Source of the DNA: Vicugna vicugna
Taxonomy: Eukaryota
Assembly: GCA_013265495.1 (NCBI GenBank)
Contig: MU057796.1
Location: forward strand, 496,001 to 560,000
Reading direction: 5' to 3'
DNA: 64,000 nt
The notes below the pieces were generated by a model. That model was not told the DNA's origin and ran no database searches. It saw only the letters and a program-made list of their open reading frames with translations. Position numbers and translations under genes: made by a program. Positions 1 to 11,731 of this stretch are shown piece after piece. Positions within the stretch are counted from its first letter, which is position 1; each line of letters starts with the position of its first letter.

Positions 1-310
1 TACTATAAACAGATAGCTTGGAGATGGAACCCCATGGAGCTGATACTGAGAAGGGAGCATCACCTGGCTGATGCTAGTGTCTCTGAGAGACAATGATTCT
101 GCTTGTGAGAATGTTGTAAACCTGAATCCTCTAAACAATTGCTCCTCCACATACAAAATATTGATCCTAAATAGAAGAGTATTGCTAGAGTGATAATAAA
201 AAGAATAGAAGCTGGAAAGCATAACAAGAAGAAATTATTTTCTTCTTCCTCTAGCCTTCCATGGTTCCTCTGACAGCCTCTAAGGAAGAGTCACTTGGAA
301 AAAAAATGAC

Positions 311-495
311 AGTCTTATTTCTCCCACTTTGGAATGCACATTATTTCACATATAAACATATTCAAAATCAGCATGAATCTTAGAGTAGGTGGCATGTCAT
401 GGTTCAGTGATGGTGATGTTTTTCTTTCTTAATGTCATATAAAATAATGATGCTTCTCATTATCAATAGTTTCTATAATTCTATGCAATATGATA
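311..495. mobile_element. MER104-like non-autonomous Tc2/mariner DNA transposon relic
   Basis: Resembles recalled MER104 consensus (atgcacattatttcacat...ggcatgtcatggtt...tttctttcttaatg...taaaataatgatgc); degenerate ends. Confidence 0.55.
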
Positions 496-1493
496 TTTTT
501 GAAAGCATAAAATACTTTATATCACCAAACTTTCTGACCCTGGTAATGATTTTCTCTTTTAAGTTCTCACACACCATCTGTTAAATAGTTCTATAACTTT
601 GCAAGAATCCAGTGTTAATCTTTCTGATTTATAGTTTCTGCATTTTATTTCTCTAATTAAAAAAAAATTTCCCACCTCCAGGATTATGGTAATCTTCTCA
701 TTTTCTGTTGAATCCTCTCTCAAAGAACATGATGGCATCCTCTACATTTAGTCACTGAGAGGAGATTCTGCAGCCGCATATATGGGCCCCTTTAATGTCT
801 TGGGGTTTGAGTCACATGGCCATAAAAAACTGGCTTAAGACTCTTTCACTTCAGGTTCAAATTCCTGGTTAATAGATTTTGTTACTCTCCCCAGTTTAAA
901 CGGTTTTCTTCAAGTTTATGGAAACTTCTCATTATTCTTCAAGAGCATCAACTCTGACATCATGATAAGTAAATCCATGGTTTTCAGGACCTTTCCAAAG
1001 AAAGTTGAAGCTGAGTCTACAACCTTACTTTTACATTAAGGGTCACTACAAAAGTATTTTGTGTAAATCCTGTTGCCTATTTTTAAGCTTGTAACGTTTT
1101 GTGCGATTCTGGAGTTACACCTCTTCACTAAATTTTGAGTTTGATTTGAAAATGTTTTACATTTTCCCAAGAAATGTAAATATGTAGTTTATTGAAGAAG
1201 AGGTCAAACTATCCATTTCTATTTGTATTTGACATAACAATACACAAGAAAGGAAGAAACATCACCAGGGAGCACTATTGGAGAAATACAATGATTTTGC
1301 CAACCAAAACACAGGACTCTATATTATTTATTAGATTATAAATTAAGTTAGCCATTTCTGTTAACAAACTGTCTGCAAACTGAGAATTTTTGTCTGAAAA
1401 TCTCGTTCAATGAGAACATTTCGTTCTGTATAATTTCTATTTTCTAGGTTATTACAGGTGGCTTTAATCAAAATTGTACTGCCATATAATATA

Positions 1494-1692
1494 CAGTAGA
1501 CCTTTGAACAACATGGGTTTTGAACCGCAAGGGTTCACTTATATGTGAATTAAAAAGAATAAATGCTACAGGACTTTATGATCTGTGATGCAGAACCACA
1601 GATACAGAGGGATGACTATAAAATTATATGCAAATTTTCTACTGTGCAAGGAGTTGGTGCCCTTAACCCTCAAGGTGTTCAAGGTTCAGCTG
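1494..1692. mobile_element. Tigger2/MER8-like MITE
   Basis: Terminal inverted repeats CAGTAGACCTTTGAACA...TGTTCAAGGTTCAGCTG flanked by TA on both sides (1492-1493, 1693-1694). Confidence 0.8.
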
Positions 1693-1699
1693 TAAATCA

Positions 1700-2245
1700 C
1701 CATTTTCTCAGGCTACTATAGGTTTTCTCACTATTTGTCTGGTCTTTTGTAACAGTTTCATTATCCCCTACTGCCTACACCCTAAGCCAGTGCCACATAT
1801 TTTAGGTTTCTTTTTTACAGAAGGATTCCTCTTGAGGATACTGGTATCTATATTAGCTAGTTACCACTGCCTAAAAACGGACACATCCCCACCCATGAAA
1901 AAATAAGTGGCACATAATTATCCTTTATTTAAATCTTATGGGTGTATGTTCAGTTGGGATTTGGTTGATCAAGTCTAGACTTGGCTGGTCTTGGCTCTAA
2001 GATGCAGGTTGGTTCAGGTCTGCTCCACATATCTCTCACCCTCTTTGGACCAACATGTTCTCCTCATGGCAGTGGCTGAAACAGGAGAAGGCATACCCTT
2101 TTGCACAAGCATGTTTCCACCTCTACTTACATCATTTCTGCCAATATCCCATTGCTAAAGCAAACTCAACGGGTAGGAAAGCACATTCTACCCACAGCAG
2201 GGGAAAATGGTATGTATATTTGCTGAACAATAATTCAAACTATTC
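1700..2245 (-). mobile_element. MaLR LTR (MLT1G/H-like) with short adjacent internal remnant
   Basis: Motifs gcaggttggttcaggtctgctccaca, catgttctcctcatggc, aatatcccattgctaaagcaa and atttgctgaacaataat are typical of old MLT1 LTRs. Confidence 0.6.
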
Positions 2246-2386
2246 TAGAAATTAACCATAAAGTAAACAGCACAGTCATGTGCTTTAGTGATTTAATCAT
2301 GGTGATCCAAGCAAGAGTCATTTGTAGCATATCCATCCATGACATGGATGGTAGCACAAAGAGAACAGGCTTTAAGCTACATAGAG

Positions 2387-2781
2387 TGTTATGGACTGAA
2401 TTTGTGTGACCTTCGAAACTCATCATGTGGAAGCTCTGACCCCTAATATTACTGTATTTAGAAACAGCGCCTTGAGGGAGGTAACTGAGTTTAAATGAGA
2501 TCATTAGGATAGTATCCTAGTCTGATGGTACTCATGTCCTTATAAGAAAAGGGAAAAGAGAACAGAGGGCTCTTTCTCTGCACAAGCTCAGAGGAAAGGC
2601 CATGTGAGGGCACAGCAAAAATGTCAGACCTGTAGTTGACAAGTCAGGAAGAGAGAAATCAGAAACCAACTTTACCAGCACCTTGATGATGAACTTTTAG
2701 ATTCCAGAACTGTGAGAATGTAAATGTCTGTTGTTTAAACCACCCAGTCCATAGTATTTTGCTCTGGCAGCCTGAGCAGAC
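2387..2781 (+). mobile_element. MaLR LTR (MLT1A-like)
   Basis: Begins tgttatggactgaat; contains gtccttataagaa, gaggaaaggccatgtgag, ccagaactgtgaga and tgtttaaaccacccagtc; ends gcagcctgagcagac. Confidence 0.8.
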
Positions 2782-3135
2782 AGAGTGTTAAAGAAGGGTC
2801 ATGACTGACTGCTATGTATGACTTAAAAATATTCACAGAGGACCACAAGGTGAGCATAAATCAGTATTGTAACTGTGTTGTTAGGTTACCAAACTCAGAT
2901 GCTGGGAGTGGGCAATTAAAATATACCTTTGACTTAAGTAAGATAAAAGAAAATAAGGAAAGATAAACCTTGTGGTGATTGGGAGAGTGTATACTCTACT
3001 GAAATGCATTAGAAATTCAACTTTTATTTAAAAAACTAGTAGGACCTTAAAAAATCAGTTTGGATTCAGGTTACAGTCTGTCAGCTTGCACCTAGGGCTT
3101 AGACTACTCTCCTACCAGATACAAGAATTCTTTCT

Positions 3136-5587
3136 ACCTAATTAAACTTACAAGCTTTTGCATAGCAAAGGAAACCATAAGCAAAACAAAATGACAACCT
3201 ATGGAATGGGAGAAAATATTTGCAAAAGATGAAACTGACAAGGGCTTGATTTCCAATATATATAAACAGCTCATACGACTTAATAAGAAAAAAACAAACA
3301 ACCCAATCCAAAAATGGACAGAAGACCTAACAAGCAATTCTCCAGTGAAGACAAAGGACCAACAGGCATATGAAAAAATGCTCAATATCACTATTTATCA
3401 GAGAAATGCAAATCAAAACTAAAATGTGGTATTTCCTCACACCAGTCAGAATGGCCATCATTCAAAAGTCCACAAATGTCAAATGTTGGAGATGCTGTGG
3501 AGAAAAGGAAACCCTCCTACACTGCCAGTAGGAATGCAGTTTGGTGCAGCCACTGTGGAAAACAGTATGGAGATTCCTCAAAAGACTAAAAATAGACTTA
3601 CCATATGACCCAGGAATCCCGCTCCTGGGCATATATCCAGAAGGAACCTTATTTCAAAAAGACACCTGCACCCCAATGTCCACAGCAGCACTATTTACAA
3701 TAGCTAAGACATAGAAACAGCCTAGATGTCCATCAACAGATGACTGGATAAAGAAGCAGTGGTATATTTATACAATGGAATACTACTCAGTCATAAAAAC
3801 CAACAACATAATGTCATTTGCAGCAACATGGATGCTCCTGGAGAATGTCATTCTAAGTGAGGTAAGCCAGAAAGAAAAAGAAAAATACCATATGAGATCA
3901 CTCATATGTGGAATCTAAAAAAAAGAAAAAAACGCACACACACAAACAAAGCATAGATACAAAACAGAAATAGACTCATAGACATAGAATACAAACTTGT
4001 GGTTGCCAAGGGGGTGGAGAGTGGGAAGGGATAGATGGGATTTCAAAATTGTAGAATAGATAAACAAGATTATACTGTATAGCATAGGGAAATATACACA
4101 AGATCTTATGGTAGCTCACAGAGAAAAAAATATGACAATGAATACATGTATGTTCATGTATAACTGAAAAATTGTGCTCTACACTGGAATTTGATACAAC
4201 ATTGTAAAATGATTCTAAATCAATAAAGAATGAAAAAAAAACAGATGACTGGATAAAGAAGATGTGGTATACTTATACATTGGAATACTATTCAGCCATG
4301 AAAATGACAACATAATGCAATTTGCAGCAACGTGAATGTCCCTGGAGGATGTCATTCTAAGTGAAGTAAGCCAGAAAGAGAAAGAAAAATACCATATGAG
4401 ATCACTCACATGTGGGATCTAAAGAATAAAAAAGGACATAAACACAAAACAGAAACAGACTCATAGACATAGAATACAAACTTGTGGTTGCCAAGGGGGG
4501 TGGGATGGGAAGGGATAGACTGGGAGTTCAAAATTTGTAGATACTGACAGGCATATGTAGAATAGATAAACAAAATTATATTGTATAGCACAGGGAAATA
4601 TATACAAGATCTTGTGGTAGCTCACAGTGAAAAAAAAAGTGACAATGAACATATGTATGTTCATGTGTAACTGAAAAATTGTGCTCTACACTGGAATTTG
4701 ACACAACCTTGTAAAATGACTATAACTCAATAAAAATGCTAAAAAACAACAACAACAACAAACTACAATGAAGTATTATCTCACACCAGTCAGAAGGGCC
4801 ATCATTCAAAAGTCCACAAGTAATAAATGCTGGAAAGGCTGTGGAGAAAAAGGAACCCTCCTATACTGTTGGTAGGAATGTAGTTTGTTGTAGCCATTGT
4901 GGAAAACAGTATGGAGATTCCTCAAAAGACTAAAAATAGACTTACCATATGATCCAGCAATCCCACTCCTTGGCTTACATCCAGAGGGAAGCTTAATTCA
5001 AAAAGACACCTGCACACCAATGTTCCTAGCAACACTATTTACAGTAGCCAAGACACGGAAACAACCTAAATGTCTATCAGCAGATGACTGGATAAAGAAG
5101 TAGTGGTATATGTATACAATGGACTACTACTCGGCCATAAAAAAGGACAACATAATGCCATTTGCAGCAACATGGATATCTCTGGATAATGTCATTCTAA
5201 GTGAGGTAAGCCAAAAAGAGAAAGAAAAATACCATGTGACATCACTCATATGTGGAATCTAAAAACAAAAAAAGAAACAAATGAACTTATATATAAAACA
5301 AAAACAGACTCACAGACATAGAGTAGAGACTTGTGATTGCCAAGGAGGAGGGGGGTGGGAAGGGATAAACTGGGAGTTTGGGATTTGCAGATACTGACTG
5401 GTATATACAAAACAGATAAACAAGTTTATACTGTATAGCACAGGGAAATATATTCAATATCTTATAGTAGCTCACAGTGAAAAAAGAATATGAAAAATGA
5501 ATATATGTATATTCATGTATGACTGAAGAATTGTGCTATACAGCAGAAATTGACATAACATTGTAAACTGACTTAATTCAATAAAAA
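3136..5587 (+). mobile_element. Composite of three nested 5'-truncated LINE-1 3' ends (ORF2 C-terminus + 3'UTR + A-tail)
   Basis: ORF2 C-terminal peptides (EWEKIFA..., [17 protein letters not shown]); A-rich tails at ~4240, ~4760 and ~5587; 13-bp TSD aagaattctttct at 3123-3135 and 5588-5600. Confidence 0.92.
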
Positions 5588-8099
5588 AAGAATTCTTTCT
5601 GTAATAAAATAAATGAATTCTTAAGGTCATTATAGAGATGATCTATGTATATATACATATGTATATATATATACATTCCTGTTGTAACCCATTCTAAAGC
5701 AATAATTTTGATTCTGTTTCCTGACTAAGTGAGGATGTCAAGAATCCAAAGAAGAATTAGAAAGGTAGTTTGAAATTGCTCATATAAGACAAGAGTGGAA
5801 AAAAAATTATTTAGTAGATTAAAGAGGAGATGGCACCTTGCATAAACATGAGCTTTAAAATAGATTATTTGAAATTATAACCTACAACCTCTGTGGAGAT
5901 TAAAAATGTTAAGAAGCACATCTAACGCTCAACATGAATGGTGTTAATTCAAAGAAAAGTAACTAGAGAAGAAATACCTCTGAAGACCTGTTGAGGCTCC
6001 TGGCTTCACATCAGCAAATGATAGAGAAGTAAGGATTGTGCCTAGCCGATCACAACCCCAATAAATAAATAAAGCACAATGAATATTGAACAAGTAAAAG
6101 TAAAAGGCGCTAAAATGGAAAATATATATGGAAAATAATTTTTCTTCCTATGAAATATATTTATGGTATTTATAGACACACATGAATGCATGCCACTACA
6201 TATACATCTCCTTTCTGACCTTTAGAAACAGAATTTTCTTGAGGCGGAATGCATGCTCATAGAGAAACCCACAAGATTTCTCCCAAATCTAAGCTATGCC
6301 CATCATTTGTTCAGATCAGGTGCCTTTATTTGGATGGCCTTAGAAAGAATAGACTCAAAAGTGTAAAGTAGGTTTAAAAAAGGTCAAGCAATGGAAACAC
6401 AGCAAAATGCACAGCCAGACACAACAGTTCATAGTAAAACTCTCTGTTAGAGGCTAACTTCTTTGTAGCAATGAACATGTATTAGTTTTCTTTTTGTGTA
6501 CAGGTGTTTCAGGCCTCTGTGCTCCCGGTTAATTCTGTGAGTTCTGTCTCTGATATGCTCTCTCTGGCTGATCTCTCTTTGTTATTACTGCACATCACTT
6601 ATCCCAGGGACATTTACTTTGAGATTATGAATGAAAAAAAAGAAACATTTTACTTGGTAAAACAATTCTAGAAGGCATAAACTTCCCATCCTGAAGTTCC
6701 CTCAGTACCAAAATAGTCCACCACCTTCACATCACACAAGGTGTCTGGACTGCGGTTACAGAAGAGGTGGTAACTTTGAACTCTCCCTTCAGGCCCCAAA
6801 AGAGAAGAGATCACTTTGATTCTCCCAAGTTTCGTTTGGAAATGCTCCCAAACGATTTCCACATTGTGATAAATAATGTCAACCAATTCCCCAATCCAAA
6901 TAACGTGTAACACTAAGACTTATTGGCTGTGTCAAAGAGTTGTCCAGAAACTGAGACATCCAGGAGGTCACTCTGCTCCTAGGATCTGATCTACAAATAC
7001 ATCTTTGGAGCTGATTTTCTTAAAAACGGAATAATCCAAATAGCCGAGGTCAGACCAGCTGTATCTGGCAAGTCTAAGGGGCATTTCTCGGACCACAGGT
7101 GGACCAGTTCAGTGTGCTCTCCCCAGGTGGGAGAGGAGGAGAGGAGAGGGTGGTGGTGATGAAGAGCGAATAGTAGAAGCCAATTTACATGAAAACACAG
7201 AACAACTTTCTCTTTCCATATGTGCAGTGAATTAGCTGAGTGGTACTCCATCCCATGAGATCTGTTCTCTGAAGCATGTGTCTACCTCCCATTAGCATTG
7301 TATGAATGAGCCTTTTGTAATAATAATGAAGCTCAGAGAAGGAAACCTTTCATATCTATTCCGTAGGGGTATATTCTTCTCTTGATGGACCTATAATTCC
7401 TGTCATAGCTAGTGGGTGTTCTAAACTGGCATCAAAAAAGCTGTCTGTCCCATTGTGTGAAAAAGGAAAAGGTCTCTCTTTGCAGCCTTATTATCATTCA
7501 AGCCCATCTTTTCTCTTCTGCTTCTCTCTCAAAGGATGTACCTCTCCCTTGAGGTACTTGTAAGAAGGGAGGGCCTTGGAAATTACACATCTGGTAAATA
7601 GAACAGATTTTAATGTGGTTTACTCTACAGTTCTTAGTCTGTTTCTCTTGGATACCAAAGAAAAGGCTTTAAACTTAGAAAAGACATTATTCTTTCAACA
7701 AAATGGGTTCACATTTACTGAAAGAGCATATGTTCTGCAAATGTGATGTAGCAAAGGTTATTCTGAAGCCATAAAAATTTATGAATTCTTTAGTTCTAAT
7801 GAATGAAATCAGGCAAGCTATTTCAGATCTCTCTGTGCACATTATAGTCCTTCTCTCTTTTTTTGTTCCTGCATAGAATTTTTTTAAAGCTATTAAGGGA
7901 ATGGAAGTAGAGAATAGGAAACAAAACTGATATGAAAAAACATTCTTTTCAGGGCAATTTTTTCAGCATTTTCAATTTTTTGGCTGGTGCATTTATTCTG
8001 ACAGTTGGTGAAATGCCACCTTGCATTGTCAAAAGGGCCATTTTGTCTTTCCTTTGAGATGTTGTCCTCCTCATAAACATGGACTGTGTATACAATGTA

Positions 8100-8669
8100 T
8101 TTTGCATCCCCTGTAATACCTTAACATAAAGTTCAGCAAACCAAAGGTAGTTATATGACCATGGTGGTTTGAATTATAGCCACAGGTTCTAAGCTGAACT
8201 ACAATTCCCAGAGTCCTCTTTGCTATATGTTTCTGAGTTAGGGTGGTACAAAGGAGAAATTCATACGAAATTTGGAAGGTTGAAGGGAAGCAGTAGTTTC
8301 TGCATTCTGTAGGTTGCCATGTTAGAACGCAGCCTGACACACAGAGCTGCTGGGGGATTTCAGCTTGTCCTCACTCTCCCACTGCACATCCAGTGACGCC
8401 ACGTTCTCCACTGGATGCAGAGGCAACACCTTTCTCCATATGTGTAAGTGGACCTCTCCACAAGCCCCCCTCATGGCCTCACCTAGCATCTGATACATTC
8501 CCATTAGCCTCCTTGCACCAATACTTCAGAGGATCCTACTGTTACCACTGCACCCGCATAATGATCCTACCGTTCACCCAGCTTCTCTACAGTCATGTCT
8601 AGCTTTATTCTTAAAATAAATCACTTATCCCATTGCTACTTACAGGAGTTTGTCATCCTTGATTGAATC
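8100..8669 (+). mobile_element. ERVL LTR33-like element, interrupted near its 3' end by the following L1
   Basis: Motif aactacaattcccagagtcctctttgctatatgtttctgagttagg...gaaatttggaagg; AATAAA near 8617; last bases resume after the L1 (gaatcttgacaca, ~10686-10698). Confidence 0.55.
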
Positions 8670-8670
8670 C

Positions 8671-10677
8671 TTTTTTTCTTTTTTATTGGAGTAGAGTTGA
8701 TTTACAATGTTGTGATAGTTTCAGATGTACAGCAAAGTGATTCAGCTGTACAAATATGTGTACTTTCAGATTATTTTCCATTATAGGTTATTACAAGATT
8801 GAATATAATACAGTAGATCCTTGTGGTTTATTTTATATATAGTAGTATCTGTTAATCCCAGACTCCTAATTTCTCCCTCCCCCTGCCATTCCCCTTCCAT
8901 AACCATAAGTTTGTTTCCTATATATGTGAGTCTATTTCTGTTTTATAAATAAGTTCATTTGTATTTTTTTTTTAGATTCCACATATAAATGATATCATAT
9001 ATTTGTGTTTCTCTGTCTGACTTACTTCACTCTGTATAATTATCTCTAGGTCCATCCATTTTATTGCAAATGGCATTATTTCATCATTTTTATGGCTGAA
9101 TAATATTCCATTGTGTGCGTATATGTGTGTGTATATATATCCACATCTTCTTTATCTATTCATCAGTTGATAGATGTTTAAGTTGCTTCCATGCCTTGGC
9201 TATTGTGAAAAGTGCTGCTATGAACATTAGGGTGCTTGGATCTTTTTGAATTAGGGTTTTTATCTTTTCCAGATGTACACCCAGGAATGGGATTGCCGGA
9301 TCATATATTAACTCTATTTTTAGTTTTTTAAGGAACTTCTACACGTTCTCTATAGTGACTGCACCAATTTATGTTTCCATCAACAGTGTAGGAGGGTTCC
9401 CTTTTCTCCACACCCTCTCCAGCATTTACTGTTTGCAGACTTTTTGATGATGGCCATGCTGACCAGTGAGTGTGAGGTGATACCTCATTGTAGTTTTGAT
9501 TTGCATTTCTCTAATAATTAGTGATGTTGAACATCTTTTCATGTGTCTGTTGGTTGTCTATGTCTTCTTTGGAGAATTGTCTATTTAGGTCTTCTGCATA
9601 TTTTTTGATTTTTTTTTTTGGTAAATTGAACTATATGAACTGTTTGTATATTTTGGGAATTGAACCCTTGTTGGTTGTATTGTTTGCAAATATTTTTTTC
9701 TCAGTTCATAAGTTGTCTTTTTGTTTTGTTTATGGTTTCCTTTGCTGTAGAAAAGCTTTTAAGTTTAATTAAGTACCATTTAAAAATTTTTGCTTTTATT
9801 TCTATTGCTCTAGAAGACGGATCCAAAAAAGATGCTACTGCAATTTATGTCCAAGAACGTTCTGCCTCTGTTTCCCTCTAGAAATTTTATAGTATCCAGT
9901 CTTACATTTAGGGCTTTAATCCATTTTGAGTTTATTTTTGTATATGGCATGAGAGAACGTTCTGATTTCATTCTTTTATAGGAAGCTGTCCAGTTCTCCC
10001 AGCACCACTTATTGAAGAGACTGTCTTTTCTCCATTGTATACTCTAGACTACTTTGTTGAAGATTAATTGACCATAAGTCCATGCCTTTAGTTCTGGGCT
10101 CTCTATCCTGCTCCATTGATCTATGTGTCTGTTTTTATGCCTGTATCATGCTCTGGATTATGGTAACTATATGATAACGTTAAAGTCAGGGAGCTGTGCT
10201 CTTCTTTCTCAAGATTGTTTTGACTATTTGGGGTCTTTTTTGAGTTTCCATACAAATGTAACTTTTTTTTTTTTTTTTTTTGGTTCTAGTTCTGTGAAAA
10301 ATACCACTGGTAATTTGATAGGGATTGCGCTGAATCTGTAAATTGCCTTGGGTAGTATGGTCGTTTTAATAATATTGATTCTTCCAATCCAAGGACACAG
10401 TTTATCTTTCCACCCATCTGTGTTGTTTGCAGTTTCTTTCATCAATTTCTTACAGTTTTCAGAGTAGAGATCTTTGCCTACTTAGGTAGGTCTATTCCTA
10501 GGTGTTTTATTCTTTTTTGATGTGATGGTAAATGGGATTGCTCCCTTAATTTTTCTTCCTGATATTTCATTGGTTGTGTATAGAAATGTAAGATTTCTAT
10601 ATATTAATTTTGTATCTTGCAACTTTACTGAGTTCATTGATGAGCCCAGTTTTCTGGTGGCATCTTTAGGATTTTCC
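8671..10677 (-). mobile_element. LINE-1, 5'-truncated (~2 kb), cetartiodactyl-type 3'UTR
   Basis: T-rich tail at 8671; ORF2 peptide [35 protein letters not shown] on the minus strand; TSD ccttgattgaatc at 8657-8669 and 10678-10690. Confidence 0.92.
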
Positions 10678-11339
10678 CCTTGATTGAATCTTGACACATA
10701 TGACTCATACACGTTAATATACAATGTGAAACTTCCAGTATTTCTTTGGAAAATAAAATGGTTCTGTGCATCATAAGGATTTAAGTACAGCAAAGACCGA
10801 CTGACTCTGGAGATAATGCTACTTCATTCATTTGAAGTTGAGGGAATTGAACCAAAGGGTAACTTTGTGAAAGATGGGTACACCAAGTAAATTCATAGTA
10901 GAACAAGATTTTAGAGGGAATAGCTTCCTAATTGAGAGGAAAAAGTCATTTTCTCCACTGAAACTATATAGAAAAATTAGTAATATTAAAAAACGGATAA
11001 TTTTACCTTAACATTACTTATTTAGGTAATTCAACTTATATCAAGCACTAAAAATGATACAACATCACTTAAAATATGTTCCCTAAATTGTTGGTCTTTC
11101 CCATTGTTGAGTTAATAAATATATCATACATTCCATTCTGTAAAAAGGGAAAAATAAGAAAAAAATATTCTGACCATTGAGTGAATTAGTGTCCTGCCAG
11201 GCTAGTTATTCTTAATGTGACTCGAATTATACATTTATAATATTAAAATATATTCTTTGTTTTGCAATTAGAGCAAAATATTTTGAGAAATAAGTGTAAG
11301 TTGTAGTGTAGAAGAGAAACTTAATTCCGAGATCAGACC

Positions 11340-11731
11340 CTGGAGAATGTCATTCTAAGTGAAGTAAGCCAGAAAGAGAAAGAAAAATACCATATGAGAT
11401 CGCTCATATGTGGAATCTAAAAAAAAAGAAAAAAAAAGGAACATAAATACAAAACAGAAACAGACTTATAGACACAGAATACAAACTTGTGGTTGCCAAG
11501 GGGGCAGAGGGTGGGAAGGGACAGACTGGGATTTCAAAATGTAGAATAGATAAACAAGATTATACTGTATAGCACAGGGAAATATATACAAGATCTTGCG
11601 GTAGCTCACAGAGAAAAAAATGTGACAATGAATATATGTATGTTCATGTAGAATTGAAAAATTGTGTTCTACACTGGAATTTGACACAACAGTGTAAAAT
11701 GACTTAGCTCAATAAATAATGTTAAAAAAAA
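11340..11731 (+). mobile_element. Short young LINE-1 3' end
   Basis: Near-identical to 3840-4240; A-tail; imperfect TSD agaagagaaacttaatt / agaatagagacttaatt. Confidence 0.88.
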
